A stretch of 64,000 bases of DNA from Mobula birostris (GCF_030028105.1 NC_092374.1:158062432-158126431); one strand, 5' to 3'. Shown: positions 12,413 through 25,879, counted from the first letter of the stretch. Program-made: numbers and translations. Notes: generated by a model from the sequence alone, not told the origin.

Positions 12413-15400
12413 ATGAAACATTGCAGGGAAATGTTGTAATGCTTCCTCTGGCGAGAAGGCCTCAGACCAGCGACACATAGTTACAGAATGAAAGGATAGT
12501 CATTCAACAGTGAGATATGTACAAATCCCTTCTCAGAAGGTGGTGGACCTTTGAAATACTCTACTTCATCAGGTTGCTGATCGGGCATTTCAAGAGAAGG
12601 CAGATACATTTTTGAAAGATGAGAACATTGATGTTGATGGGGGATTGGTGCAGAAGGCAATTTGAGGCCAGGGTAGTTGGCCATCACCACATTGAATGGC
12701 AGGGCAGACTTGAGGGACTGATAGTCAACTCCTTCTCATAATTTCTAGTGTTCCCGTGAATAATTTTTATGGCCAAGCTCATGCAATTATCTAACACATG
12801 CAATTGGATCTTGATACTGTAATGATACTGGTGCGTTAACACAAATTCAGATAAGCATTTTAACAAACTTGTTGGTATAGGAAGGGCCCAATGAGCAAAG
12901 GCCCACTCTGACTCAAAGCCCTGTAGTTGCAGCGTGATGAAGGCCATGGTCTCATTTAAATTTCTGTCTCATTTTTGGCAGTGTGCTGATCAAATTTATA
13001 GACATAGCTCAGGAACCAGCCTCCACTCTACAGACTCTCTCTATACAGTACTTCTCACTGCCTCTGTAAAGCAGCCAGCAGAATCAAAGACTCCACTCAC
13101 CTGGGCATCTCTTCTCCCTTCTCTCATGAGGCAGAAGTTAGAAAAGCCTGAAGCACATACCACCGGGCTCAAGGACAGCTTCTATTTCACTGTTATCAGA
13201 CTCTTGAACAGACCTCTTGTACAATAAGGTGGATTCTTAGCCTCATAGTCTACCTCTGATTTAGCACATTTATCGCTTACCTGCATTGCACTTTTTTGGC
13301 AGTTTTTTAGACTTCATTCTTTCATTGTTACTGTTTTAACATACTCTAGCTCAATGCACTGGGTAATGATTTGATCTGTATAAACAGTATGCAGGACAAG
13401 CTTTCCATTGTCTGAGCCGACGTTTTTTTTGGTGGGTGGGGTAGAATGCGACAGTAACATGCCACTATCAGATGAACTGCTGAGAAAGAGAGTTATTGTC
13501 TGAAAGAGAGAGTGGAGGAGAACTTTGGCTTGAATTGTTTTGAAGTTTCCTACACTCATAAAATAAATTCCTGAAGGCCCATTGTGTGGATGAAGCCAGG
13601 TTGTTGAGTGGGGAAATGGAGGTACAGGCAAGAGCAGTAAACTGGAGACCCAGATCAAACCTGGCTGCCATGTGTCTTCATCCCAATTCTTCTTCATTAA
13701 TTTCGCAGCAATGGCCCTTCATATCACTGTTCACTGTCTCTGGTAGTGAGAGTGTTAAACCTTTTTCTGACACTTACAGTCATTATGATTCAGATTTATT
13801 TATCAGATGTACACCGAAACATACAGTAATTTGCATTAACAATCAACACACTTAAAACTGTGCTGGAGGCAGCTCACAAGTCTCACCAGACATTCTAGAG
13901 CCCAAATAACATGCCCACACTTCATAGACTTTGTAACATTTCTTGTGGTGTCTGCACATTAACAGATCTCCAAGCATACTAGTGAATTTTTATGCAGCCC
14001 TCATTCTGCAATTGCTCTGGATAAAATGATGAAAGGATTGAGTTTATTGTTGTAGAGTGTCTCCCAACTTCACCCCTTCCCCCTACCTGGCCCAATCTGC
14101 CCATCATCTTTCACCTCTCCTCAGTCCTCCAGTCACCTTCGGGCCCTGGTCTCACCATTCACTCTGTGCTTCAAAGACAAAAGAGATAGCAGATGCTGAA
14201 AAATGGTGTGACAAATAATATGCTGGAGACTCCTTTTGAGCCACTGAGTGTCTCCAGCAGGTTGCTTATTGCTCCCTCTCTTCATTATACCATTTATCGT
14301 CCCTCTCCACCGTCAGTCCTGATTTAGGTTTCAGCCTGAATCATCAACAGTTCCTTTCAGCCTGCAGTTTCTACTTAACTGGCTGCACTCCTCCAGTTGC
14401 TGCCTGTTGCTTTAGGTTGGTGCAAATCGAAGGTCGCATGGCATTACCCCCGCTGCCCTTACCCTTCAAGGGGGTAGACGTTGCGAGTTTGTTAAAGTGA
14501 AGTCAGAGTAACCTGGCCAAAATAATACAAGGAACAATGTAGCAATCAGAACATGTTCAGGAAATTGTGATCCCCCGACTAAATTACATCAATCTCATTA
14601 ACATATTTTATGGAATGAGCTACCAGAGGAAGATAACAACTTTTAAAAGACAGTTTTAATAACATCTTTTAACACTAACAACCTTAAAAAGATTTGGATT
14701 GGTGTATGGGTGGGAATGGTTCGGAAGGACATGGGCCCAAAGGCAGTTAAGTGGGAACAGCTTGGATCAGAATCTTGGTCAGTATGGCCCAGTTGAGCTG
14801 GAGGGCCTGTTTCCATTCTGTCTGGCTTTATGACTCTATGGTTGCTGTTCAGTTCGTTAGCGAAAAGTTTGAATGGGCAAGTGCACACATAAGATGTGGT
14901 TAATATTACTGCAGTGTTTTCTGTCTCCTCCCTCGTGCCCTGGGTTTTGTATGCTAGGAAAGCAGAAAGGTGCCCGACTTAGTAATTATCTAACCTTGCA
15001 TAGGGTTATGGAAATAAACCATTGGGCCCACTGACCCTTAAATCTGCTCTGCTGGATGAGGAAGTTAGACCTGATCCTTTATCATTAACAGCCACTCTCT
15101 TCAAGAACAGCACAATACATAGGGACTGCAGTTTAGTTTTAATCTGACTGCATTTAACAGGCATCTGCCCCCTTGAAGAAGGATAAGGACAGCAGGGGAA
15201 AAGAGCACGGCACCTTCTGCAAGTTCCTCTCCAGGTTGCCAGGCCCAATTTATACTGCTCCGTCCCTGACAACATTCTGAGAACGTGTTCACCGGAAGGC
15301 AGCAGTGATTCATGAAGGTCGATTGCCACCTCCTTCTCTAGGACAAATAGGGATGATCATTAACTGTAGTCTTTGCTCACACCTTAACTAATGAATAAGC

Positions 15401-15779
15401 AAAATGAAAAACTTTATGAGTTGTTATGTTAAGCTGCTGGCCACCTGCCCTGTGACTTACTCTGTTGGTGAAGCTAGTCGTTGAGAAGTGCAGTTGTTCT
15501 GTTAAATGTATTCTCAGCTGTTGGATTGTTCACACCAACCTGGACTCTGACTTTACTGAACTGGAATTAGTTTATCGCCGCATGTTCTGAGATATAGTGA
15601 AGAACCTGTCTTACATGCTGCTCATACCAATCGTATCATTACATGGAGCATTTGGGCAGTGCAAGATCAAACAATAACATAATGCAGAAAAAAGTATAAC
15701 AGCTACAGAGAAAGTGGGTGCAAAATCAAATCAATGTAGATTGCTAAGTCTAGAATCCAACAAGAAAATTGAGATCAAT

Positions 15780-16355
15780 CAAGAAGATTGAGAGGGGATA
15801 TGATAGAGCTATACAAAATTATAAGGGGTATTGATAGGGTGGGCCAGCTGGTTGTGTAGTGACACCACCACTGGACTTCGAGGTGGATGGTCCTGAGTTT
15901 GAATCCAACGGCCTGTCAATCTACTTCTGCATCTTGCCACGACAACTGCTCTATCCATACGGTCGCCATGAGTCGACTTCGACTCGACGACTCGACGGCA
16001 CTCAACAACATACAAACTATAGATAGGGTAAATGCAAGAGGGCTTTTTCCACTGAGGGTGGGTGGGACTGAGGTTGGTTAAGGGTAAAAGGTGAAGAGTT
16101 TAAGGGGAACATGAGAGGAAACGTCTTCACTCGGAGGGTCGTGGAGTGTGGAATGAGCTACCAGCACAAGTGGTGCACGAGAGCTCGACTTCAACTTTTA
16201 AGTGAAGTTTGGAACGGTACATGGATGGTAGGGGTATGGAGGGCTCCCGGTGCAGTTTGATGGAAGTAGGCAGTTTATATGGTTTTGGCATGGACCAGAT
16301 GGTGAGAAGGGCACTGTTTCTGTGCTGTCCTTTTCTGTGACTCTATGACTCTATC
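15780..16355 (+). mobile_element. CR1-type LINE 3' part interrupted by a SINE
   Basis: RRLRGDMIELYKIIRGIDR|..DRVNARGLFPL, ending in a (TGACTCTA)n tail. Confidence 0.85.
15841..16017 (+). mobile_element. tRNA-derived SINE with an RTE/BovB-type 3' tail
   Basis: A-box-like tggttgtgtagtg and B-box-like gagtttgaatcc. Tail catacggtcgccatgagtcgac..gactcgacggcactcaacaaca. TSD tattgatagggt/tatagatagggt (15829-15840 and 16018-16029). Confidence 0.8.
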
Positions 16356-16519
16356 TTATTGTATTGGGAAGTATTTAATAGTCTTACAACAGTGGGATAG
16401 AAGCCTGGTGATACGTGCTTTCAGACATTGTATCTCGTTCCCGAGAAGAGAGAATTTCCAGGGTCAGTGGGGTCTTAGATTAAGCTAGCTGCTTTACTGA
16501 TGCAGTGAGAAGTCTAGAT

Positions 16520-17716
16520 CAGGGGTCCCCAACCTTTTTTGCAATGCGGACCGGTTCATAATTGGCGATATTCTTGCAGACTGGCCGACCCGGGGGTGGG
16601 GGGAGGGGGAGGAGGGTTGCCAACGGACAAGAGTAGCAGTAAAATATGTTGTGTTTACCCTGAGAAAGACTACAATGACCATGAAGCCTTGCGCAGGCAC
16701 CAGTGTGCATGTGTGTACATGCCGATTTTTTTTCTACAAATCGTTTTTGGCGATTCTGTTCGGGGGGGCGGTGGTGTTAATCAGGACCGGAATATAGGTG
16801 ATAAGTGGCTAATACACTCAATTTTGTTTCTAAAAGGGTTTATCTAACGAATTTAATATTAAACACACAGCGCATATTTTCCTTGCATGAATATAGTGAT
16901 AAGTCAATTATCAGGGGAGCTTGAAGTAAGTGTTGAACGAACTTTCAGTAGAAGTGGTAGAGGCAGGTTTGATACTATCATTTAAAGAAAAATTGTGTCA
17001 GTATATGGACAGGAAAGGAATGGAGGGTTATGGGCTGAGTGCAGGTCGGTGGGACTAGGTGAGAGTAGTGTTCGGCACGGACTAGAAAGGCAGAGATAGC
17101 CTGTTTCTGTGCTGTAATTGTTCTATGGTTATATGGTTATACAGTATAAGTCACTTATAAGTCAATAGCATCATAACATTTTAAGTAACGTTTGCATATT
17201 AAACACACAGCGCATATTTTCCCTGTATGAACATATAAAATTATTGCAACACACCAATAACGCTGAATCAGTGGGAGCCCTGGGCTGAATACTTGTTTCC
17301 CTGCAACATCGAGGGGCGATGGGAGACAGCGATACTCGAAGGGGGTTCCTTATGTCCAGTCTATTCCGCAATTTAGTTTTCGTTACATTTATTGCAGAGA
17401 TATGTTGGAAATGGAAGCAACGTTTTCAGTGCTTTTGTGGCTATCTCAGGATATTTAGCCTTGATTTTGATCCAGAATGCCAGCAGAGATGTTATGTCAA
17501 ACATACTTTTCAGCCCACCGTCATTTGCAAGCTCGAGGGGTTGATCTCCTTCCCGCGCTGACATGGATGACGCGTGGGTAATGACCTTGCGTGTGTTCAA
17601 GCTCAGCAGTGCGCGTGACAGGGAATGAGGAAAGGTGCAGCTGACTCATATCGCCAAATCACATCGTTTCCTCACAGCTCGGTACTGGTCCGCGGCCCAG
17701 TGGTTGGGGACTGCTG
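16520..17716 (-). mobile_element. Charlie-type hAT non-autonomous element with a transposase C-terminal remnant
   Basis: TIRs caggggtccccaacc / ggttggggactgctg. 8-bp TSD gtctagat/gcctagat matches the NTCTAGAN preference. ORF 17373..17600 contains FWIKIKAKYPEIATKALKTLLPFPTYLC (hAT dimerisation domain). Confidence 0.9.
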
Positions 17717-17964
17717 GCCTAGATAATTCCAAGGAGGGGAGGCTGGTTTCCATGATGTTCTGAGCTGTACAGTATCTACAACTCTGTGCAGTATTTTGTG
17801 GTCACATGCAGAGCATTGCTATACCAAAACATTATGTACTCACAAACATGGGAAAATCTGTAGATGGTGGAAATGACGAAGGGTATCGACCTGAAATATC
17901 GACTATTTATTCTTTTCCATAGGTGCCGCCTGACCTGCTGAGTCCCTCCAGCATTTTGTGTGTG

Positions 17965-18255
17965 TGACATTGTTTACCCATATAGAATACTTCCTATGGT
18001 GCACTAATAAAAATTGGTAAGGGTCAGTGGAGACATGCCTCCCGAGGAGGTGGAGGCATTGATGAGCTTTTTTGGCCACGACATCTACGTGATTGGACCA
18101 GGATGGGCTATTGGTGATGTTCACACCCAGGAACTTGAAGTTCTCAACCCTCTCAGCCTCAACACCATTAATGTAGACCTGAGCACCTGCCACTTCTTGA
18201 ACTCAATGACCAGCTCTTTTGTTTTGCTGACATTGAGGGAAAGGTTGTTGTCATG
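17965..18255 (-). mobile_element. Rex1-type LINE fragment
   Basis: INGVEAERVENFKFLGVNITNSPSWSNHVDVVAKKAHQ. Confidence 0.8.
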
Positions 18256-18929
18256 GCAGTGCGTTGCTCAGCTCGACCAGGAGTTGCAAGACTCAACGCT
18301 CAGTGATTACCACATTAATATCAATCATTATCTAGCCCTCCCTCATCCCTCAGTTTATGATTTCTCTTATTTTATCATTAAACATGGAAAAACAGCTCAA
18401 TGCTCAGAAGTGTTTAGAGTGCAGATCAGTGCCAAGTGGCACCTGTTGCTGTGATGCTGGGATATCCTCCAGTTTCTCTATCAGAGACACTAGGCTCTTC
18501 CAAACCTCTCATGTCCTTGCCTCTCCTCAGACCGAGACTGCCTGTTGGTTTCAACACAGACATGCTGCGAGCTGTTTCTGTTTTTCAAATAATTTTTTTT
18601 CTCTCTCTCAGGATACCTGCTGTGTAGAACACAACTTTAATTTGGGCCCCAGATAGCTGGTTATATCCACTGTCCCTGCAGCTGGTTTTAACAGTACAGA
18701 TGGGTTGAGGAAGTGTGTCAGTCAGCTTTGCCTCTAGTCTTTAGGCAAAGTGCCTGCCTTCTGCAGCACTTGGCAGCGCAAGTTAATTTATTAACGGTAA
18801 GTTTAAAAAAAAGTGAAATGTTGTTCCTGCCAGTCAGAATTCACTCAGCCAGTAGTGCTCACTGTCTCAAAACGTCTCAAGTATACCAGCTGATTCTGCA
18901 TGCTCTCTCTCCAGGGAAGAGAACTGTCT

Positions 18930-20830
18930 AGGTGAGCAGCTTTGGGAGGAGGGGGTGGGATTCTTCAGTGAGTGGAACAGACAACTCCATCTGTGGCTGA
19001 GAGAGATTCTCCAGAGCAATATATTGCCTCCCTGGTGCCAGGGATGGGGATGTCTTGGATCAGGTACAAATCTTTCTAAAAGGGGAAGGAGGAGAGACAG
19101 AAGGATGCTGTCCAGCAAAGTGAGCTTTGGGAATTATGCAGAAGGTTAAAGGGATCAGGATTTCTCCCTCAGCTACGTGCTAGTGAGGGAAGAACTGGGA
19201 GGATTGGACTGATGAACTTAAGGTATAGCATTGATGAAGAAGGGATGGCTTTAGATACTTAACATTGGGATCGCTGCTGGTGTTGATGGGAGCTGTACAT
19301 GAGGGATGAGTCCAACCTAATCTGGAGGAGGGACAATATCCTAACCGTGAGATTTTCTTATGCTGATCTGGAGGGATAACACTAATTAAGCAGTGGGATG
19401 AGAAGAATAGCATGCACTGAGATAGCGGGGAAGGAAGAAAAGATAGAAGGTAAATCAAGCAAGTCCAGTGACCAGAGCAGACAGAAGCAGGTTAGTAATA
19501 ATGGGAGGACTGGCCTTTACTTTAGTGAAAGGAACTGTACAATTAAATCAGATGAGCTTAGAGCATGGGTGATACAATGATCATTCTCATGCAATCATGG
19601 AAATGTGGCTGCGGGAAGGACAGGACTCTAAGCTTAATCTTCCTGAATATGGAAGATTCAAATTTGACAGAGAGCAGTGCAACCGAGGTGGGGAAATCCA
19701 AAAAAAAAGTTTTTTGAAAATCTTTCAAGAGATAGAGCTGTACTTGACTTTATCTTAGGGAATGAAGCTGGGCAGATGGTGGAGCTGTTGAGGGAAGAAC
19801 ACATTTGCAACAGTGACCTTCATTCTGTAAGCTTCACAGTTGTTATGGAACTGGGTGAGCATGATCCTCAAGTTAAGGTCTTGAATTGGGGAAATGCTGA
19901 TTTTAGTAGCATAAGGGAGGACTTGGTGAAAATAAAAGGTGTCATGCGGAAGACTATTAAATGAAAGTTAGTAGAGATTTAGGGTCAGCATGTTTCAATA
20001 AGAATGAAGGGCATAGATTAGGGAATTTTGGATGACAAAGGATATTAGAGATTTGATATGGAAATAGAGGGAAACATGCAAATATAGGAAATTGGAAATT
20101 GAGGGAGGCTCTTGAGGAATATTGAGTGTTGACTCTTAGATCGGCACATGGAGGAAGAAAATAAAGGACTGTGGGAAGGAAGGTTTAGATTGATATTGGA
20201 GTAGCATAACATCCCGGGCCAAAGGACTTGTATTGTGTTGTGATGTTCCATGTTCTAAGTTTGGGAGAGAATTAAGACAAAAATAAGGAGGGTTAAAAGG
20301 GGCTATGAACTATCCTTGGCAAATAAGATTAAGGAGAATCCCCTTACGTTCTAAAAGCGTATCAGGAGTAAGAGCCTAACCAGGGAAATAGTGGGTCCCC
20401 TGTTTGGACCAGAAGGATAATTTATAAATGGAACCAGGAGGTGTGGGCAGAAGTTTAAAATGGATGCATCTCTTCAGTATTCACCAATGCGGTGGACATG
20501 GAAAGTAGTGAGCTCAGGGAGGACGAGAATAATCTGAAGCTACGTCAGTGCTGAGAAGGGTGTTAGATACCATGGAATGTATAATGGTTAATAAGTCTCA
20601 TGACCGGATGAGATCTATCCAAGGTCACTAAAGGAAGCAAGGGGAGAGATGGCTGGGGCCCTGATGGAGATCTCTGCAGCCTTGCTAGCCACAGGTAAGA
20701 TGTCCGACGACTGGAGGATGGCTGATGTTGTGTCATTATTTAAGAAGAGTCTCTGGGGCAAGCCAGGTAACTACAGGCCAGAGAGTCATCTATCAGTTGT
20801 AGGAAAGTTATTAGAGAAAATTGGAAGGCT
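18930..20830 (+). mobile_element. Old, fragmented CR1 LINE (ORF1 esterase, APE and RT pieces)
   Basis: AVLDFILGNEAGQ..SDLHSVSF..VLNWGNADF and DDWRMADVVSLFKK..PGNYRP. Confidence 0.8.
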
Positions 20831-21639
20831 CAGAGTTTAGGTATATTTAAGCTCAAGTTTTATTCAGTGATAGTCTTCCTGCTACTTCTGAAAGTAAAAC
20901 ACTGCCCTGGTTTGCACAGATATGCTCATGGCTTGCTTTGTTTGAAACATAATGCAGTTGCTTTCAGCTCTGGGGACATTATGGTAGGTATAGAAAGGGT
21001 TAACAGCAGATGTGCAAGTCTGATAAAAATAGTGTTAGAAATGTTGGGTACAGAAGCCAGAACCATCAAAATGATTTGTATTTTCTTTCACGCACAGTAG
21101 AGGCCACCTGATACATGCACATTGTACCTTTCTGCAGCAGATACTAAACAGTACTCCATGCAGCCGGGAACAGATTGCCAGGGCCATTAATCAGAGTTTC
21201 ACTGACACAAAATGCCTTTTGAAAATCAGGGAACATATTTAATATTGACCTTATGAGGTCAATATTTCTGATTCTCTTTCCAATTTGGACTTTTGTCACC
21301 GTAAATACCAAAACTATGGGTGACAGCACATTTATCAAATGTAAAGGGAAACTTCTCAGAACTAGTTACTACAAAGGTGGGAGTGTGGTTTGAATGAGGT
21401 GCAGGGAGATTGGGAGCAAAAGAAAATGTTTTGAAACTTCCTGGAATGTGATAGAACTAGTCCAACAATCTGTTTAATTCCTTATAAGGCATGTTGATTT
21501 TGCTTCTCGTTACCCACAATGATGATCATCAGTCACTCACATCAGATGCACACTGAAGTGAATACATGTGCTCACCAAATCACAACATGATTGCCCAACA
21601 GTAGAAGGTTGTTATACCTACTGATTACATGCCTGCTCC

Positions 21640-22075
21640 ATGCACAAACGGCTGCAGATGCTGGAAGCTGCAGCAACACACAAGGTTCTGTAGGGTCTTG
21701 GCCTCAAAGCATCAATTGTTCATTTCCCTGCATAGATGCTGCCTGTCCTGATGAATTCCTTACGCTCAAAATTTCCAGCATCTGCAGAATCTCTTTGTGT
21801 TTATGAGATGCTGGAGGAATTCAGTGGGTCAAAAAGATTCATGGAGGGAAATGGACAGTCGACCACATTTGCCTATTATACCCTCCTCACTTGGATCTAC
21901 CTGTTGCTTGCCATCTCCTGCTCTACCCCTTCCCTCCCATCCTTTTTTACTGCTGTCTCTATTCTTTCTTTCAGTCCAGATGAAGGATCTTGACTCGAAA
22001 GGTTGACTGTCCATCTTCCTCCATGGATGCTGTCTGACCTGCAGACCTCCTCCAGCATCTTGTGTGTTGCTCTGT
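21640..22075. mobile_element. Two adjacent PLE-derived short elements with inverted ends
   Basis: tgcagatgctggaa/ttccagcatctgca pair. 21806-21864 is the reverse complement of about 22001-22059. Degenerate hammerhead at 21972-22009. Confidence 0.7.
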
Positions 22076-22800
22076 CTCTATCCACTATCCCATCTTCTCA
22101 CTGCAGCCTTGAAAATTCCTTCACATGGATGTAACCAAAGTCTACATGGAAGCAGACTGTGAATCTTTAACTTGTTGTTTTATGTAGTGACACACAGTGC
22201 TGAAACAGGCTCTCCAGCCCATGATCTCCAAGTCAACCATTGCAGCCACCTATACTAATTCTATTTACTCATATTAAGTCCATAGCCTTTGAAGCATGGT
22301 GTCGAGATGTTGTACTGATTAAATTAAATCCAATAAAAACCCACACAGTGTTAATGGCGAATCACCTTGGGCTGTCTCCGTTTGATGGTGTGTGGAACAG
22401 GACAAGCTCAGTATAGTAAATTGCCTGTTTTAAGTACAACATTAATGGAGCAGAAGGCATTGAAGAGGCAAATAATTTCTTCTTTTTGTGTTTACTTGCA
22501 TAAGCATTTATTGTTTCCCAAAGTTTCCAAAGTAGCTCTCATTGATTGAAACAGTATTTTCTGCTTTATTAATGACACAAGGTGGATATTTCTGTTCCCC
22601 ACTTGATTTTGTCTGAATCCAGTCGAGGAAAAAAGCTTAGTATTTGAAAGATGAGCTGGGCTACTCAGTGCAGGCTGGCATTCCCAGGAATCAAGAAACC
22701 AGTCTCTCTTTTTTGACTCAGCAGTGTAGGCTGGATTGATGACCCAAGAGGCAGCAGTAGGTTTGTTCCTTACAAGGGCAATTGGGCAACTACTTGGAAG

Positions 22801-23549
22801 AAGCAACACTCACAACACGCTGGAGGAACTCAGCAGGTCGGGCAGCATCCGTGGAAAAGATCGGTCGGCGTTTCGGGCCGGAACTCTTCGTCAGGACTGT
22901 AGAGGGAAGGGGCAGAGGCCCTATAAAGAAGGTTGGGGGAGGGTGGGAAGGAGAAGGCTGGTAGGTTTCAGGTGAAAAACCAGTAAGGGGAAAGATAAAG
23001 GGGTGGGAGAGGGGAGGCAGGGAGGTGATAGGCAGGAAAGGTGAAGAAAGAATAGGGGAAAACACGATGGGTAGCAGGAGGCGGCGGAACCATGAGGGAG
23101 GTGATAGGCAGCTGGGGGAGGGGCAGAGTGACATAGGGATAGAGGAAGGGAGGGGGAGGGAATTACCCGAAGTTGGAGAATTCTTTGTTCATACCAAGGG
23201 GCTGGAGACTACCCAGACGGTATATGAGGTGTTGCTCCTCCAACCTGAGTTTAGCCTCATCATGGCAGTAGAGGAGGCCATGTATGGACATATCTGAATG
23301 GGAGTGGGTAGCAGCGTTGAAGTGGGTGGCTACGGGGAGATCCTGTCTGTTTTGGCGGACGGAGCGGAGGTGCTGGACGAAGTGGTCCCCCAATCTGCGT
23401 CGGGTTTTACCGATGTAGAGGAGGCCACACCGGGAGCACCGAACACAATAGATGACCCCAACAGATTCACAAGTGAAGTGTTGCCTCACTTGGAAGGACT
23501 GTTTGGGGCCCTGAATGGTGGCAAGAGAGGAGGTGTAGGGACAGGTCAC
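22801..23549 (-). mobile_element. Penelope-like element, 5'-truncated: GIY-YIG endonuclease C-terminus, purine/pyrimidine-skewed UTR and pLTR with a degenerate hammerhead
   Basis: ORF 23163..23549 VIYCVRCSRCGLLYIGKTRRRLGDHFVQH..VATHF..LEEQHLI..LQPLGMN. Hammerhead-like sequence at 22862-22899 on the minus strand. Confidence 0.92.
23163..23549 (-). pseudogene. PLE GIY-YIG endonuclease fragment
   Basis: VIY..C..C..YIG.T motif with conserved His and Glu residues. No RT or start context upstream. Confidence 0.85.
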
Positions 23550-24039
23550 AGTGCTTGGGAGATAGAGCAGTGAATGGGTTAATCGGCTAGTTGGTTCGAG
23601 GAACTGGCTGGGGCATAAGAAGGAAAGTGTAATAAAATACAGTTCTGGAATAGACTGCAGACTGTGTGGTTTTACATTGGTGAACAGATAATCAGATATA
23701 GTAAGGAACAGATTAGAAGCCTCAAATTCTCACTTAAGCTTCTGTCACAATAATGTGGCACCAAAGTTTCTTCAGGAAGTAAACACACAGCTTCTGTTAA
23801 CAAGAAGGGCACTATAGCAGGTGCACGGGAGCACCACGTTGCAGTTACACACCATCCTGACCATGGAATAATACTGCCAGTTCATCACAGCTGCTGGGCC
23901 TAAATCCTGGACTGTCTCCATTGTGGGAGCGTCTTCACCAAATGAACTCAGTCGCTCACCACTACCACCTCAAGGGCAATAAAATGTTGACCTTGCCAAA
24001 GAGATTAGAAATAAATAAATAGAACAAATCTATATTCAG

Positions 24040-25225
24040 AAGGCAAGTGAAAAAGAAAGTGCTTGTAGTCATTGGAGGTCATCCCAGAGTCATACCATCA
24101 CTGCAAGAGTTCCCCAGGGCAAAATCCTAGGCCCAACCATCTTCAGTAGCTTTATCAATTTCCTTCCTTCCAGCACAAGATAGGGGATGCAGAAGAGTTT
24201 CGATGCCTGTCCACCTAACCCGGGTGCATGGTTGGATCACTCCAAGCCTGGAGCCGATTTAGTGAGATCAAGAATTGCGTTGGGTGGGTTTACCTGAACA
24301 TATTGTGGCGCTGGGGTCCGGGTCCCAGAGCGAGGCTCTACCTAGTTGGTACTTGACAATTTAAACGCCAGCACAGATAGTCTGGAAGCCCAAGTGTTGG
24401 AAATGGAGGTGAGGATTGTGCTGGTTTTGCTTGCTGTCCCGCGAGTGTTCATTCCCTTCTCTGTGGCACCGAGGCTGTGAACTGATCCGGCTGCTCTGTG
24501 CTTTTGCCATGCTGGTGTGATGATCTGGGACCGAGGCTTGGGCCTACTCCAGCTGATCTGGGACTCAGTCTGGTTTGGGACGCTGTTGACTTGCTTCTGT
24601 TGTTTGTACGATTTGTGTTTTTTTTTCTCTCTTTCTCTGCGCAGTGGTTTTTGGATGTGTTTTTTGAATTGGGTTATTCTGATTTCTTGCTTTTTGAAAA
24701 CAGACAACTTTTAAGGTGTATAATTTGTACATTCTTTGATAATAAGTGTGCTTTGAATCTTTGAACCTTTGGGGATGTTTGTGGATGACTGCACACTGTC
24801 CCATTCCATTCACAACTCCTTGGTAAATGAAGCAACTCATACCTGCGTACAAGAAGAACAAGACAACACAGATACATGTGATGATAAACAACAAGTCATA
24901 TGCAATCAATAACAACAGGAGAGTTTAGCTGTCTTCCCTTGACAGTCAAAGGCATTACTGTTGTTGAGTTACCCACCATCAATGTGCCAGGGATCACCAT
25001 TGACTAGAAGTACATTGGACAAGCTGCATTAATATCATGGATACAAGAAATGTTCATGCTGTGTATCCTGAGGTGAGTGACTAAACTCCTGATGCTCAAA
25101 AGCAGTTCCTCCATCTGTGAGGCACCAGTCAGAGATTTAATGGAGTAATCTCCACTTGCCCGGATGACTGCAGCTCTCAACAACTCTCTGGAAGCTGGGC
25201 ACCATCAGGAAAAAGCAGCCCTAGC
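24040..25225 (+). mobile_element. Decayed LINE RT (CR1/L2 group), split by an insertion
   Basis: RVPQGKILGPTIFSSFINFLP..GM|FVDDCT. Confidence 0.75.
24190..24770 (+). mobile_element. Non-coding retroposon with a Rex1-like (TTTGAA) tail
   Basis: 7-bp TSD ggggatg (24183-24189 and 24771-24777). Tail gataataagtgtgctttgaatctttgaacc. Confidence 0.75.
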
Positions 25226-25845
25226 CATGCCTGTTTCTTTATGGGATACTTGGAACAGCCCACTCCCCGATCTTCTTTTTTCCAGTGCACCCATGACTTC
25301 ATTGGTGTGGCCTCCTGCATTCAAGATGAACTCAACAACTTAGTTACTTTTGATGTCAGTTTCCACATTACTCTCTCTTCACATGCTCAATCTTTGACTT
25401 TTCCCTTTCTTTCTGCATGTCTTTGCCTCCGTCTCAGGAGACAGGCATGCTACTAACATCCATTGCAAGTCTGCTGACTCCCAGAACCACCTTGACTACA
25501 CTTTACGCCACTCTGTTCCATTCTCCCAGTGCTTCCACCTTTGTCATATGTGCTCTGGTCATTGAGACTTCCCATATATGTGCCTCTGAAATGTCTTTCT
25601 TCTTCTTGAGCTCTTGCTCCCTTTCTGCCATTGTTAGCATAATCTTTGACATCATCTCATCCATTTCTCATGCTTCTGTTCTCATCCACTCTCCTCAGGT
25701 ATGGAAGAAGGACAGAGGTCTCCCTGTCCTCACGTTCCACCACACTAGACTCCATATTCAACAGATGGTTCTCTGCAATTTATGTAACCTTCAAAGAGAT
25801 TCCACCATCAGTCACATCTTCCCCTGTTCTCCTCTTTCAGCAAAT
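25225..25845 (+). mobile_element. Old PLE RT fragment
   Basis: PSHACFFMGYLEQ.. resembles the PLE RT PSYACLFMGYVE motif. Downstream remnant RGLPVLTFHHTRLHIQQ. Confidence 0.65.
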
Positions 25846-25879
25846 GCTTTGAGAGGCTGGTCAAGGATTATATGTACCG

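Noticed and set aside
18590-18660. Strong splice acceptor ttttttttctctctctcag
   Set aside because: All three frames stop within 15 codons and there is no nearby donor.
21098-21242. Possible terminal exon RGHLIHAHCTF..REHI*
   Set aside because: The peptide is not recognised and there is no supporting upstream exon chain.
22900-23160. G-rich tract as an independent G-quadruplex regulatory element
   Set aside because: It is the standard purine/pyrimidine-skewed UTR of this PLE family and is repeated at 44110-44360 and 44920-45180.
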